From positions 87,482,001 through 87,546,000 of the forward strand of contig OZ024745.1 of the NCBI GenBank assembly GCA_964016885.1: a stretch of 64,000 nucleotides of DNA, read 5' to 3'. The notes beneath the pieces were generated by a model. That model was given only the letters and a program-made list of their open reading frames with translations. It did no database searches and was not told the origin of the DNA. The position numbers and the translations under genes were made by a program. This DNA comes from Eledone cirrhosa (lineage: Eukaryota). This document shows, piece by piece, positions 1-12,244 of this stretch (position 1 is its first letter; every line of letters starts with the position of its first letter).

Positions 1-508
1 GGTGAGGAGGGTGACTTTGGACATCCTGCAGGACTAAAAACGAAACCTGTCAAAGGACAAAGGAGCTCTTAAGAGTCAATGGCCATCAAAAATCACCGGG
101 AGAGATGACCCCTTAGCCTTTGTCAAGGCAGAATTCTAGGAGAAAGAAAACTCTGATATAGCACCTGCAACCCTGATGGAATCCAATGATGTTGACTTGT
201 TCTTCTTTTTGGTAAATATCATCTTGGTTAAGAGAGTGGGACTGGCTTTGTGCAGTGCCTTTGCTCACTATAAAAGCTTCACGGCACAGGCATTGCTTTA
301 TATCTGGAGATCTCTCTGCACTTGTCATCACATGGTACCATGGGCCCAGCACTATGTGTCAATAATTGTCACAAGTGTAGTGTTTGCACCAGAGTTTTCA
401 AGTTGCTGGCTGGACTAAAATGTCACACTCGTTCAGTGCATCGGTAGGGGTTCTTCTACATGGATATAAAGTAGTGGCCGTACTCGAAAACGAGTTGGTA
501 GCCACCAT
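1..508 (+). mobile_element. Short RTE-derived non-autonomous element (5'UTR-like part joined to an RTE-like 3' end); 5' end lies outside the window
   Basis: 1-90 matches 4030-4100, and 199-508 is the reverse complement of 6995-7300. The 3' part carries a C2H2 remnant (HKCSVCTRVFKSLAGLKSH in the 7 kb copy) and a terminal hairpin CTCG-AAAA-CGAG before a simple-repeat tail. Confidence 0.6.
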
Positions 509-542
509 ATATATATATATAAATATATATATAAAAAATATA

Positions 543-915
543 TATAAAAATGAGCGGAGCAAGCAATTATCAAACAATCTTTTAAATAAATTAAAAAACG
601 ATTTAACTATTCACCTGTTCTATTGCTGTTACCGACGGTTTCACTAATCAAAAGATTGGAAATCCAGAGAATTTCCAATGGAAAGAATTAGATCTTCAGA
701 CAGCTATTTCCATACCATAAGGGTGCAAATATCATAGTAAGTCAATATTTCGTTACTGCCCGACGCATGCGGTCAAGCCGTGTTTGATAATTGCTTGCTC
801 CGCTCATTTTTATAGTTCTGGTATCTCAAATTAGTACCATCGAACCACAACTATTATAAACACCATGCATATTTCTATAGGGTCCTAGTGCTTGTTGGAA
901 TATCCATACCCTGTT
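543..915 (-). mobile_element. Non-coding hammerhead-bearing repeat, family H1, with inverted terminal segment
   Basis: 543-577 is the inverse of 781-814. The element is homologous to 55525-56129, is flanked by (TA)n and contains a hammerhead at 625-704. Confidence 0.7.
625..704 (-). ncRNA. Type I hammerhead ribozyme (long stem II)
   Basis: Minus strand reads GCUGU-CUGAAGA-U[CUAAUU..AUUGGAAAU-UCUCUGG-AUUUCCAAU..GAUUAG]U-GAAA-CCGUCGG-UA-ACAGC. Stem I is a perfect 5 bp, the core is intact and the cleavage triplet is GUA. Confidence 0.85.
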
Positions 916-1799
916 ATTATATATATATATATATATATATATCACATATCATGTATCACATTTATAAGATAGGTATTATCTTGTAATTAACATTAAATAA
1001 CAAATTATCTCACTAATTAAGCACAATAAATTAATATGAATTGAATTATTAAAATGGACATCATATGAAAACAGAAAGAATCAAATAAACAACAAAACAG
1101 ACAATATAAACGAGAAAAAAACAAAGTCTGCAATTCTCACGATAATATTAATATCATTAAAGTTTTAAATGATGATGAAAAGAAAAATATTTTAAAAGGT
1201 TTTTCAATTCATTATCTTTTGCATATTTTATATCTTTATATATTTTGAGGAAAATGGCAAATGTCATCCGAACAGAATTCTAATTGAATTGAATCTTTTG
1301 TCTGTGTGTCGTATGCATACCGAGGGGTGTTCAGTAGATCTGCTGGATATTTTTTTGCATGTGACAAAATTTCCATTTTCTTTTCTTTGTAACATACAGA
1401 TCTTGAGATATTTAAACTCCGGGTTGTATATGATTGCGTTTTTATCGACAGTATAACTCGCTATGTCAATCAAAAAGCTCCCTCTACGTGAAATTGAAGA
1501 CATGCTATAAACTATTTACGATAAACATATATAAGAAAAATCGAAAACTGTCTAAAACAAAACAATCCTAGCCAAAGGCGAAAACGACTTTAATAGTGAC
1601 AAAGTTGATATGATATTTCAATTGATTATTTCTAATAGCAAAAGTAATACAAGAGCTGAACATAGAAATATGAATGTTCTTGTTTCTTTTTTTCACATTT
1701 GAGCTGAAAACATTTATATTCTTTAGTAAATTGGATGGCAAATGCTATTGAGCGACGGATAAAAGGACTTAAGATATATGATTGCATGGCTATGTTAAG

Positions 1800-1942
1800 A
1801 GTTCAAATTTTGCTGAGAATAGCTTTGCCTTTCATTCTAAAGGGGTTGATAAATTTTAAGTACCAATAATGCACTGACATCGATTTAATCGATTTTCTCC
1901 TCCCCCCAAATTGGCGAACTTGTACCTAAATCAGAAACCATT
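1800..1942 (+). mobile_element. Degraded tRNA-derived SINE (family S1)
   Basis: ctttgcctttcattct..ggggttgataaa..taagtacca is a diverged match to the S1 core. Confidence 0.7.
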
Positions 1943-2329
1943 AGTATTTATTTATTGATTCATTTGTGTTATTCAGTTGAACGGATGGCTTCGATCACAC
2001 CCCGTAAGAAGTTTTGAAATGCTCTATTTGACAACCAAATATATATTGATGTTGAAGAAACAGTTTGTCTTTTATGTTCTCTACACCGTGTTTAGTAGAA
2101 ACACGTTTATTCTTTTATATTCCCTACACCGTGTTTAATAGAAATGAAAAAAGAAAAGAAATGTACGTCAGACACTGATTATGGTTCTAATAAAGAGAGA
2201 TATACTATCTAGAAAAGATGCAGAAAAGAAAGCTATGCGACTGGGATGAAATCTCAGTTGCTATCCGTGTGGCAGTAAAGGCTTACTGTCGAGAGGTAAG
2301 AAGATGGAGAATGAGAGAAAAAAAATGTC

Positions 2330-2900
2330 ATTGCAACGATAGGAACAGGACACACAAACTGTTGAAATCACGTCATTGTCATTCTCAGCTGTAAATCCCA
2401 TGGTGGAGATCGCCTCTTCCTCAGTTACAAGTGCTAATGTCCAATAAACCGGCAACAAAAATACTCATCAGGATGTCAAATACTAGCATGTCTTTCTTGG
2501 CTTCTTGTAGTACCAACCCATCGTATTGTGACGATAGGAAGGCAATGAAGGACGGACATAGGTGGCAAAACCTTGAAGATTGTAAATATATATAGATCTG
2601 AGGTAAAGCAATGAATCAAAACAATACACGAAGAGAATTCCTTCTCTACCAAGGGACAACATGTTTTTTACAGTCCTACGAATAATAAACGTAGTCCTGA
2701 GAACAGGGCCGATTGTTCTGAAGTATAATACTGATGTTGAAGTATGGGGAGGAGGAATTAGGTTTGAATTGTTTTGGACATTTAAAATAAAGTGTGTTTT
2801 GGAAGATCACATCAACACTTTATGACAAGCATTCCATGAGGATACTGGATGCATTTTATTCAGTTCAACGCGTGCTTTTAGGGTATCAAGTTTCAATAAA
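2330..2900 (-). pseudogene. Highly decayed CR1-group LINE RT fragment
   Basis: The minus strand yields remnants such as IGPVL and FATYVRP. Confidence 0.35.
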
Positions 2901-3951
2901 ATGAGGGGAAGGCTGGCAGGCAGATTCGGGAGAATATTTTGAACCGGTCTATTTGGTGCGCCCTTCCCCCTTGTTTGAGTGATTATTCTACTTTTTTCTT
3001 TTTCTCTAAACTATACTTTTATTTTTTTAACTATGTATTTATTTTCTATAAATATTTTACGCAACTTCAAATCCTTAGCATGTCTTCTTCAATAACACAT
3101 TTTATATGCTTTAAGATTGGAAGAATGAATGAAACCTGGTGGCAATAAGAAAGAAATATTTGTTTCCAGTGTTTCATGGAAGCTTTTGAATGCATTGCTG
3201 GGGGTTCGTATCTGTGAACTTCTCGTGCGTGCAAATTGGTTAGATAAGTGTGAAAGTGTTTTATGTGAAATCTAATTTGCTGTATTTTTGAGTTATTATT
3301 GTTGTTCCTTAAATTGTTTCATTTTTGCACTTGCTTCACGTATAAACCTTATATAGTATTGAAACATGACTGTAGAATATAAGCTGTATAAGCTGTGGTT
3401 GTAACCTGAGAATCATATACAATATGTGTGCTGTGCCTCGTAGGGAAATCGTTTGTATTGTGTGGAAATGTTGTCAGATTTGGGATAATATTGATGTTAA
3501 TGTAAATATTACTTTTGTTTATACTCCATAACTTGCTTGTTTCTATTTTGAATACTCTATATTTTACTATCTTTTCAAAATGTTTCTGAGTTACATTTTA
3601 TATAGGAGAGTTTGAAATGTTTCTCACAATGCCTATATATTTTATTATCCTTTGAAAATATTTCTGAGTTTTATTTTAAATAGCAGAGTTTGAGATGTTT
3701 CTCGGAATGCATAGGTATTCAGCTAAAACTTTGCTCCTTTGTTTAAAGATACACACCACGGATTATTGTAGCAATATCATAAGTCATACCACATTAGGTG
3801 CGTACATATACCAAATGCCTGTATACATTTTGACAGAAATAGCTACCCACAACGTTATAACTTTAGCTATATCTTAACTCTACGAATTTTGGATATACTT
3901 GTTAATAGTCAATGGTTTCTCAACGTTAATTGCATATAGTCTTTATCAGGT

Positions 3952-4415
3952 CACTCTTGAGTGCTACTGGTAGCATGTAACCCAGTACAACCTGTCGGCG
4001 ACTAAACCGGCAACCCCACCAAGTTTAGTTGGTGAGGAGGGTGATTTGGGACACCCTGCAGGACAAAACAAAAAACCTGACATAAGAGTCAACGGCCATC
4101 TAAAAAAAAAAAAAGGAAAATTAAATCCTGCCAAATCAATGGGTGGCAGTAGTTCCAGCTGCACGCATCGAAAGACTGGTGTAGTGGTTCTGAGAACAAT
4201 GCGACTTTGCAGATGATCAATGCAAATTGACAATGGAAAGGCGCTCCGGCTCGAGTTAGAAGAAAACTATTGACCTTCAGGAGAAGCAGTGACCCATGAT
4301 TGTATTCAGCAACCGAAACAAATATGAAGTACACCAAATCCAATGCTCCTAGGGGCGGCCCTGGTTCTTCTTTTTTGCGAGTGTAAACTCGGCCAGATTA
4401 GATTAGATTAGATTT
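3952..4415 (+). mobile_element. Short RTE-derived element (structured 5'UTR, hairpin, (AGATT)n tail)
   Basis: Shares its 5' region with 1-90 and ends in CGAGT-GTAA-ACTCG-GCC followed by (AGATT)n. Confidence 0.55.
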
Positions 4416-4989
4416 ATTTGAAAGCCTCTCGTTTAATTAGGTAACGTTTGCGGGTTCTGTCATCAAGTGTCAGACTGTTTCTACTAAAACAGATAATAGA
4501 GTGTTTTCGTTCATTTTATTTCGTTTTCTTTTTAGTTTTCCTTTGTTTTTAAACCTTCGTTTTTCGTTCGTTTATTATTTTTCGTTTACATTTTCTTTCA
4601 TTTGTCATTTTCTATATTTTTGTTTTTTACGGTGTACATGGCATCTACGTTACTTTTCTGTGTGCTAAGTATATTCTAACCATATCAGGTTTGAGTTGGT
4701 GAAATCGGTATATTTTGACTTCTTTTCTACTTTCCGTATATAAATATATACGTTTTAGTGCATTCAACTATGAACACTTCCTGGTGTACGGAATTCAGTA
4801 CATCAACTCTTAAAGTATTTATTCCAACGCATGCCATTGGAGGACAATTTGAATTATTTTTCTCAGGATATATATCTTAACTATCAACGTTCTATACAAA
4901 TATCGACGAATTTCTTAGCATTAAAAAAAATCAATAAAGGTTTTATACAAATGTCGACGATCCTCGAGAAGACAGCGGAATGAATGATG

Positions 4990-5125
4990 TTATTTGTTCC
5001 AACTCTGCATTGTAAGTTCAAATCAGGCGAGGTCAACTTTTGTTTTCATCGTTTTGAGGTCGAGAAAAATGTCCAGGTCCAGTACTGGGGTCGATTCTTC
5101 CTATATATTTCTTTCGCATTTCCTC
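4990..5125 (+). mobile_element. Diverged S1 SINE
   Basis: gttcaaatc..gaggtcaactttt..ttcatc..ggtcga..cagtactggggtcgat. Confidence 0.55.
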
Positions 5126-5630
5126 TCTACCACTTTCTCCTTATCTGGAGGAAATCAGCTGTTCAGATCTAGAGAGGAGGTGGGCCCAGCCGGGTTTCAA
5201 AACATGCTTAAGAAACGCTGTATGTCACTGACGCGCCCCCAAAACTCCACCAGAAGTTACGGGTACATACAAAGAAAGCTGTAATAATTTCTCATTATGA
5301 ATTCGTAACCTAGCCACAGAATATACACAGAAATGCCAAGAACAGAAAAACAAAACAAGCAGGAAATTATATTTAAAATGTGCAGTATGTTGTTACAATC
5401 GAAATAACATATAGCAAATGTCATTTTTGTTGGATACTCTTGTATACTGACGTTTATTTTGCTACTTCAGAGAAATAGTTCTCAAGCCAGAGCAGCAACA
5501 GCAGCTGCGGTACTAACACAGTATAACTTATAACTAGCTGGTTATATTGTGTTAGTTCCGCTGCAACTCTGATTATAGAACTATTTCTTAATATAATGAG
5601 GAGAGACATGCTATGTTTTAATTAATTAAT

Positions 5631-5817
5631 TGTTTCTACTTTTGGCACAAGGCCAGCAATTAACCAGTGTGTTACTGGTACTTTATTTTATCGACCCCAT
5701 AAGGATGAAAGGCAAAGTTAACCTCGGCGGGATTTGAACTCAGATCATAAAGCGACGTAACTCTATGCGTCAAAGCATGGTGTCCGACCCTCTACCGATA
5801 CTGCCAATCCACCACCC
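5631..5817 (-). mobile_element. tRNA-derived SINE S1 (MetaSINE-like core)
   Basis: Reverse complement of the S1 consensus, with a B box GTTCAAATCC, the core GCCTTTCATCCT..GGGGTCGATAAAATAAAGTACCAG and an AT-rich tail. Confidence 0.85.
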
Positions 5818-6306
5818 TATGTGTTAATTAATTAATATCAATGCAGTAGTGATGAGTCGATTGGAAAAAGGCAGGGGAGATAACTTTGGCATTTATATTA
5901 GCATTTAAACAGTGGGGAATAAGTTTAATCTTTGGTGTTACACTGTCAAGTGTACACATGCTTCGCACATTGACTTCATCAGCAATGCATTGCCCTACCA
6001 TTGCAGTTAGATTTTAGATAACCAGAGAGAGAAATATAGAAGTTTAGTAAATGAATATTGAATGACATGATTATTGACACACCGAAAATGGAAAATTATT
6101 CGGGTTGCCTGCTTCGTCGACGAGTTATAAATACTTTAACTTCCACACACAAAGACATGCATTACTAAATATTTTCAAAATCTATCGCTTTTTAAAAGAC
6201 AAAAGTGTGTTTTGGGAAAGGGAAGCTAAAAGATCTCGTATTTAGATCTGTTCCGTTAATGATAAACTCATCTGTGTTAACTTAGTCTTTCCGAAGATTG
6301 TAAGTA

Positions 6307-6473
6307 CCGTATTTCCCGGCGTCGACGACGCTACTTTTTTCCCTAAATAAGTCTAAAAAATCTACCATGCGTCCTGGAGGCCGAAGGTTGTTTATTATTT
6401 TTTTCAAAAGTTTGGTTGTCTAAATTAGGGTGCGTCCTCGAGGACGAAGCGCCTTCGGCGCCGGTAAATACGG
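6307..6473. mobile_element. Tc1/mariner-pogo type MITE
   Basis: TA|CCGTATTTCCCGGCGTCG ... CGGCGCCGGTAAATACGG|TA, giving ~18-bp TIRs and a TA target duplication. Confidence 0.85.
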
Positions 6474-6994
6474 TAAATCTAATGTATTTATGTGTTAGAG
6501 TTGATTTAACTTGCACTATTATCCCACACATGGCAATTGTTGATCACTTATCTAAGTGTTTACTTAGATACATGACGAGAAAAATCTATAATATAAGTTT
6601 GTGATAATCAAGTAAAAAGCTGAGCTGTCAATTCGGTTGTGAACTTTGGTTTGATTCGATTTCATGTCACTTGTGATGGTAATAACCTATTTTCTCATGC
6701 CTAAAATATAAACCTAGGAACAAAGGAACCAACAATATTTATTCTCAATGTGAAAATGTAGTTGTTTTGATGTAAAAATCAATCTTAGCAGATATAAAGT
6801 GACATAAAAAAAAATAAAGAAAACAAAACATTTTAATGATTTAATGGTTGAGTATCTTATAAAACGTATTCTTGTGTGTGTGTGTGTGTGTGCACACACA
6901 CACGCACGCACGCACACACACACATACACACACACACATACATACATACATACATACATACATACATACATACATACATACATACATACATACA

Positions 6995-7300
6995 TGGTGG
7001 CTGCCAACTCGTTTTCGAGTACGGCCACTACTTTATATCCATGTAGGAGAACCCCTACCGATGCGCTGAACGAGTGACTTTTTAGTCCAGCCAGCGACTT
7101 GAAAACTCTGGTACAAACACTACACTTGTGACAATTATTGACACATAGTGCTGGGCCCATGGTACCATGTGACGACAAGTGCAGAGAGATCTCCAGATAT
7201 AAAGCAATGCCTGTGCCGTGAAGCTTTTATAGTGAGCAAAGGCACTGCACAAAGCCAGTCCCACTCTCTTAACCAAGATGATATTTACCAAAAAGAAGAA
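6995..7300 (-). mobile_element. 3' part of the RTE-derived element seen at 199-508, inserted in (TACA)n
   Basis: Near-identical reverse complement of 199-508 with (TACA)n on both sides. Confidence 0.75.
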
Positions 7301-7322
7301 CATACATACATACATACATACA

Positions 7323-8640
7323 TAATGAGAGAACCAGAACTGAATACCTCAGAAGAGTAAAGAAAATATGGTCATCAGAACTGTCAGCGTACAACAAATA
7401 CATTGTGCCAATTCTAACGCCAACATTTGGCCTGCTGAACTGATCATTGCAAGAACTAAGTGAGATGGATCTTAGAACTCGAAAACTTCTGTGTTACTGG
7501 GAACTTTAACATCAATGGTGATGTGGATAGGCTATACTTCTGATGCAAGGAAGGTGGCCTGGGTCTAAAATCCATATTAACATCATATGAGACCCGGATA
7601 GTAACACTGAAGCAACATCTTCAACAGAGGAAAAAGGTTGGCAACCATCTTGCCCAGGTTTATGAGCATGAAAAAAAAAATATCATTAGAATAGCCACTG
7701 ATCTGGAGGAGATATATGGAATAAAGCCTGATATAAATCTCTCACCCAGAGAAATCGGAAGATCCTATTCAATGTTCAAACAAGATGAAAACATTGACCA
7801 ATTTACAGAAAAAGTTGTGCATGGATACTTGAGATGTAAAACACAGACCATAGAGAGGATAAACCACTCAAAAAGCCTGGCATGGAGTTCCGACAAGTTT
7901 ATGACATCACACCTTGAGGGATATGTATATGCAATACAGGAACAAGAACTCCCTACCAAATATCTGCTGCACAAAAAGGGCTAGACATCAGCTGACAATA
8001 AATGTAGGCTATGTAAAAAAAAAAATCGAGGATGTAAGCCACATTGTTGCCAGCTGCGAAAGAATGTCATCTCGCTACTACCTCCCATGAGACACGATGG
8101 GATAGCTAGAACCATCTGGAACGCACTTCGGAAAACAAAATTAACAACAAACGAGGAAGAATATATTGAGACAGATGGCACTAAGGAATACTGGTGGAAC
8201 CTGAAAATAAAAGCTGCCACCAAATTAAAGCACAACGGGCCTGATATTGTTGTTTGGGACCACACATTGAAAACGTGTTCTGTTGTAGAGATCCCACTTG
8301 ATGTAAACGTTGTCAGAAAAATACAGGAGAAGGAGGACATCTACGGACCATTGATGAGGAGTTTACAAATCCAGTATCCAAGATACACCTTTAGCTTCAT
8401 GCCCATCATTATTAGAGCTACGGGTTATATACCAACCCGCTTGGACCAAAGTATGACTGAACTTGTATTTGCGGACAAAGAGCGCAGCTCCCTAATTCAT
8501 AGTCTGCAAATGGTTGCGATAGCTGGCACCTTCAAAATTTGCAAAACATTCTTGCGATTCAAGGGATGAGAATTTCTTTTCTTTTACAACCTTGCCACCA
8601 GGAAGGTGGCCGGTGAAAAAAAATATACTCGAAATTAAGA
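7323..8640 (+). mobile_element. 5'-truncated, frameshifted R4/Dong-clade non-LTR retrotransposon (RT thumb, CCHC, RLE)
   Basis: DVDRLY..KEGGLGL, CRLC..HIVASC, RHD and PDIVVWD (restriction-like endonuclease) in ORFs 7772-7984 and 8087-8569. Confidence 0.85.
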
Positions 8641-9703
8641 GAAAGAGATAATATATACATACATACATACGAAGGGTGTTTGTTCTATACAATGATGTCT
8701 CATTTTGTTCTTGTTTCCACTATATATATATATATAAAAACACACACACGAGACATTCTATGACTATAGTGTTATAAATATATAAACCTAGACACACATG
8801 CCCTACTAAATATTTTCAAAATCTATCATTTTTAGAAGACTAAATATTCTCAAAATCTATCATTTTTAGAAGACTAAAGAGTTTTTTGAGAAAGGGAGAA
8901 TACAATGTGTATAATCTTCTTCTGTTAGAATGCCAATAGACATCAATGAAAAGTACCCAGAGCGTCATCAAAAACAGGATAAAGAGCAATGTTAACAGCA
9001 ATAATAAAAGCTATATTGATACAATTAATAGATATTCTATTTTATATTTTTAGATCATATTCTGACAACAACATTTTATTTTTATATTGTTCTTTTCTAT
9101 CTGAGAACAGACAATTTAAACCGTCTATTTGCTTTTTCTATCTTTTTTTTTTAAATTATATTTTTCTCTTTCCTTTGTTCACTTTCCACTCGACCATTCA
9201 CTTGCCTTCTCTGTTGTCGTTACTGTAAACTTTGTTATTGTAAATGTCTCTTATAGAGATGCTTCTATTGCTTCTATTCTTTTACCAAGGGGAATAATAT
9301 ATGCAAAACACTCACTACACAGAATATAAATAAACTCTTCGACTATTCAAGAGAAAATAGATACTCTTTATTTCTAAAACATAACTATTTGAAAGACTTG
9401 TCACGTGATAAATCAATGTTGTCTAGATTTAGGTTAGTCAAGTTGTGAGTACAAAGAAAGCAGAAGGAAGTTTCTCATTTGAAAAATAAAATGTTAAACG
9501 CAAGAAAGCAGACAATAAAATAAAGATCTTATTAAACAAAATCGAATGAAACTTCCGTATTAACTTAGATGAAAATTATAGAATGTGTGGTTAAAATATG
9601 TATATATATACTTAACAAACACAGACACACACTCAGACCGATACACACACACACACATATATATATATCTCAGACCAAAATATATATATATATATACATA
9701 TGT

Positions 9704-9810
9704 GAAAAGAGTCAAGACACCGATGGCTAAGTTCCGGCCGTTTCGACCGCCAGATCCGGACTAGCTGTCGAAACGGCCGGAACTCAGCCGTCGGGGTCCT
9801 GACTCTTTTC
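9704..9810. repeat. Near-perfect palindrome (~44-bp arms) in a dispersed repeat also present at 35653-35800
   Basis: gaaaagagtcaagacaccgatggctaagttccggccgtttcgac pairs with gtcgaaacggccggaactcagccgtcggggtcctgactcttttc. Confidence 0.85.
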
Positions 9811-10058
9811 ATATTATCCACTCTACTACCCAAGTATTGAGTACTCTGGTGCCTTACACCTGGTATATTACAATACGTTTTCTCGTTGCTTTGGTCCCTG
9901 CGGCTGGCTTACCGGTCGCAGTCTTCAATTTGCAAAGCTGTCCAAATGTAATGTTATTACTCTAAGGTAAAATACCTTATTGAGTGCTTAGCTGTACATT
10001 CCGATTGCATTCGTTAGCTTAGCTGCAGCCAGAGCTTCGATTATGATGTACTTCCATT

Positions 10059-10092
<34 letters not shown>

Positions 10093-10097
<5 letters not shown>

Positions 10098-10482
10098 ATA
10101 CTTTGGGAGGGTCATGTTGCCAATAAGAAACACACGCACCAGCTGCTTTCACTTCAATTTATTATATATTTATAAATTTACAAATTTATAAATTCATAAA
10201 TTTCTGGTTGGTTGGTTGGTTCCACAACCAGATAGTTGTTTATATATAGTCATAGTCCTTTCGTCACACATTCTGTGACCTCTTCAGTGACTGGGGATTC
10301 CTTTCTTTGTTTCTGTGCCTTTCCTTTGTTCTGTCCTACGCCATTTTGTTTCTGTGTGTGTGTTGTGTGCTCAGTTTGCGCATGCGTCACATTATTGGCA
10401 ACATGACCCTCCCAAAGTATAACAATATCGGTTTCAACACACGATTTCAGATAAAGAATCTTGCTAAACAAATTCAGAAACG

Positions 10483-10485
<3 letters not shown>
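10093..10485 (-). mobile_element. Solo pseudo-LTR of PLE-B with inverted 3' segment
   Basis: 10093-10390 matches 38697-38990, and 10393-10485 is an inverted copy of the pLTR end plus tail. Flanked by (TA)n. Confidence 0.85.
10249..10291 (-). ncRNA. Minimal type I hammerhead (family H2)
   Basis: GUCA-CUGAAGA-G[GUCACA-GAAUG-UGUGAC]-GAAA-GGAC-UA-UGAC. Confidence 0.75.
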
Positions 10486-10527
<42 letters not shown>

Positions 10528-10602
10528 CTTTTGCTCTTTACTCTCTTTACTCTTTGTTCTTGAATGTTTGGTTGGTAGAGTCCATAACACCAACGAAACC
10601 CC

Positions 10603-10662
10603 TTTTATTGCTCTGACGAATCCTACGGTTACGTAAGGAAGAAACATTGTAAGCCAATAAAA
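10603..10662 (+). ncRNA. Minimal type I hammerhead (family H3)
   Basis: UUUUAUUGCU-CUGACGA-A[UCC-UACG-GUUA-CGUA-A-GGA]A-GAAAC-AUU-GUA-AGCCAAUAAAA. Stem I is ~10 bp with one bulge. Confidence 0.85.
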
Positions 10663-10695
10663 ATCTTTTGATGTTGTAGACGCTCTTGTGTTCTT

Positions 10696-10730
<35 letters not shown>

Positions 10731-10733
<3 letters not shown>

Positions 10734-10960
10734 CGTTTTTGAATTTGTTTTGCGAGATTTCTTATTTGAAACGTGTGTTTAAACCGTATTGTTATACTTT
10801 GGGAGTGTCATGCTGCCAATGAAAGTACACGCACCTGTTGGTTTTCACTTCAATTTATTATAAGTTACCGGTTGGTTCGATAACCGAAAGGTTGTTTATA
10901 TATTGTCAAAGCTATTTCGTCACAGAACAAAGGAGAGGCACACAAAATGAAATCTTAGTC
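10731..10960 (-). mobile_element. Diverged relative of the PLE-B pseudo-LTR, inverted within the hammerhead region
   Basis: Homologous to 38641-38870, then switches to the opposite orientation (cagaacaaaggagaggcac). Confidence 0.65.
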
Positions 10961-11232
10961 ACAGAATTTGACTTCCTTGTGTGCTTGTCTGTAATTTCAT
11001 ACAGCCAAAACGGGGCATAATGGGAAAATACTTTGAAAGGAAGTTGCCTCGGAAATGTGAATACAAATTGAATGAAACGAATTTCATTTCGCGTATCGGT
11101 GCATGATTCCCGAGATACTGGGTTTTTCCGGGTACCTTCATAAATAGAGAGAGAGAGAGAAAGATAGACATAAAGAGATAGGGGTTGTAGGAGACTATCG
11201 AATATTTCTTGCTAAACAGGATAGGTTTCTAA

Positions 11233-11272
<40 letters not shown>

Positions 11273-11280
<8 letters not shown>

Positions 11281-12244
11281 CGTAAGATAAGAAAATTATA
11301 AAATTATGAAAAAATTATAAAATTGACTTACTTACTAAAATATCACTTCCAACTAATTAGTTTCTGGAATGGAGTAAATATATTTTCTGAAGAACATATA
11401 GAAAAGCATTCCGTCGTCAGGAAAGTCTCTTTTCATGTAAGTTTCCAGGCATAGCGAGGACTCTGGAAACTTATTAAAAAATAATTCAGTGGAGAGGAAA
11501 TAGTGAAGCGTGGACTGAAATCCTAGCCATTGAGAAAATCACTGTCTCTACGTCCGTGGCAAATTCAAAAAGAATCAATCACGTGACATCGAGGTCAAAT
11601 AGAAAGCGAGTTGTTAATAAGACAGCGGCCTGCTTACTACTATAGCAGCAGTCATGGCCAATATTGCTCGACAAATGAATTGGAGATAATTATAAAGAAT
11701 TTATATCTAGTAACATTTATATACATACAGATGCATATCAATGCCAGCAAATATATAGGTTTTGTCTTAGTAACATTGTGGTTCAATGCATGGGGTTGCA
11801 GAACAATAATATGAGAGACGTAAGATAAGAAAATTATAAAATTATAAAAAAATTATAAAATTGACTTACTTACTAAAATATCACTTCCAACTAATTAGTT
11901 TATGGAATGGAGTAAATATATTTTCCGAAGAACATATAGAAAAGCATTCCGTCGTCAGGAAAGTCTCTTTTCATGTAAGTTTCCAGGCATAGCGAGGACT
12001 CTGGAAACTTATTAAAAAATAATTCAGTGGAGAGGAAATAGTGAAGCGTGGACTGAAATCCTAGCCTTTGAGAAAATCACTGTCTTATTTTATAATTTTC
12101 TTATCTTACGTCTCTCATATTATTGTTCTGCAACCCCATGCATTAAACCACAATGTTACTAAGACAAAACCTATATATTTGCTGGCATTGATATGCATCT
12201 GTATGTATATAAATGTTACTAGATATAAATTCTTTATATAAATT

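Noticed and set aside
1264-1503. 79-aa ORF as a host gene
   Set aside because: It has no recognisable motif or supporting exon structure.
3952-4065. HDV-like ribozyme at the RTE-type 5' end
   Set aside because: Three local hairpins are visible, but I could not build the nested double pseudoknot or a J4/2 strand.
11381-11485. Canonical hammerhead (CTGAAGA...GAAAC)
   Set aside because: Stem III cannot pair and GAAA is sequestered in an 11-bp hairpin. Kept only as a weak lead.
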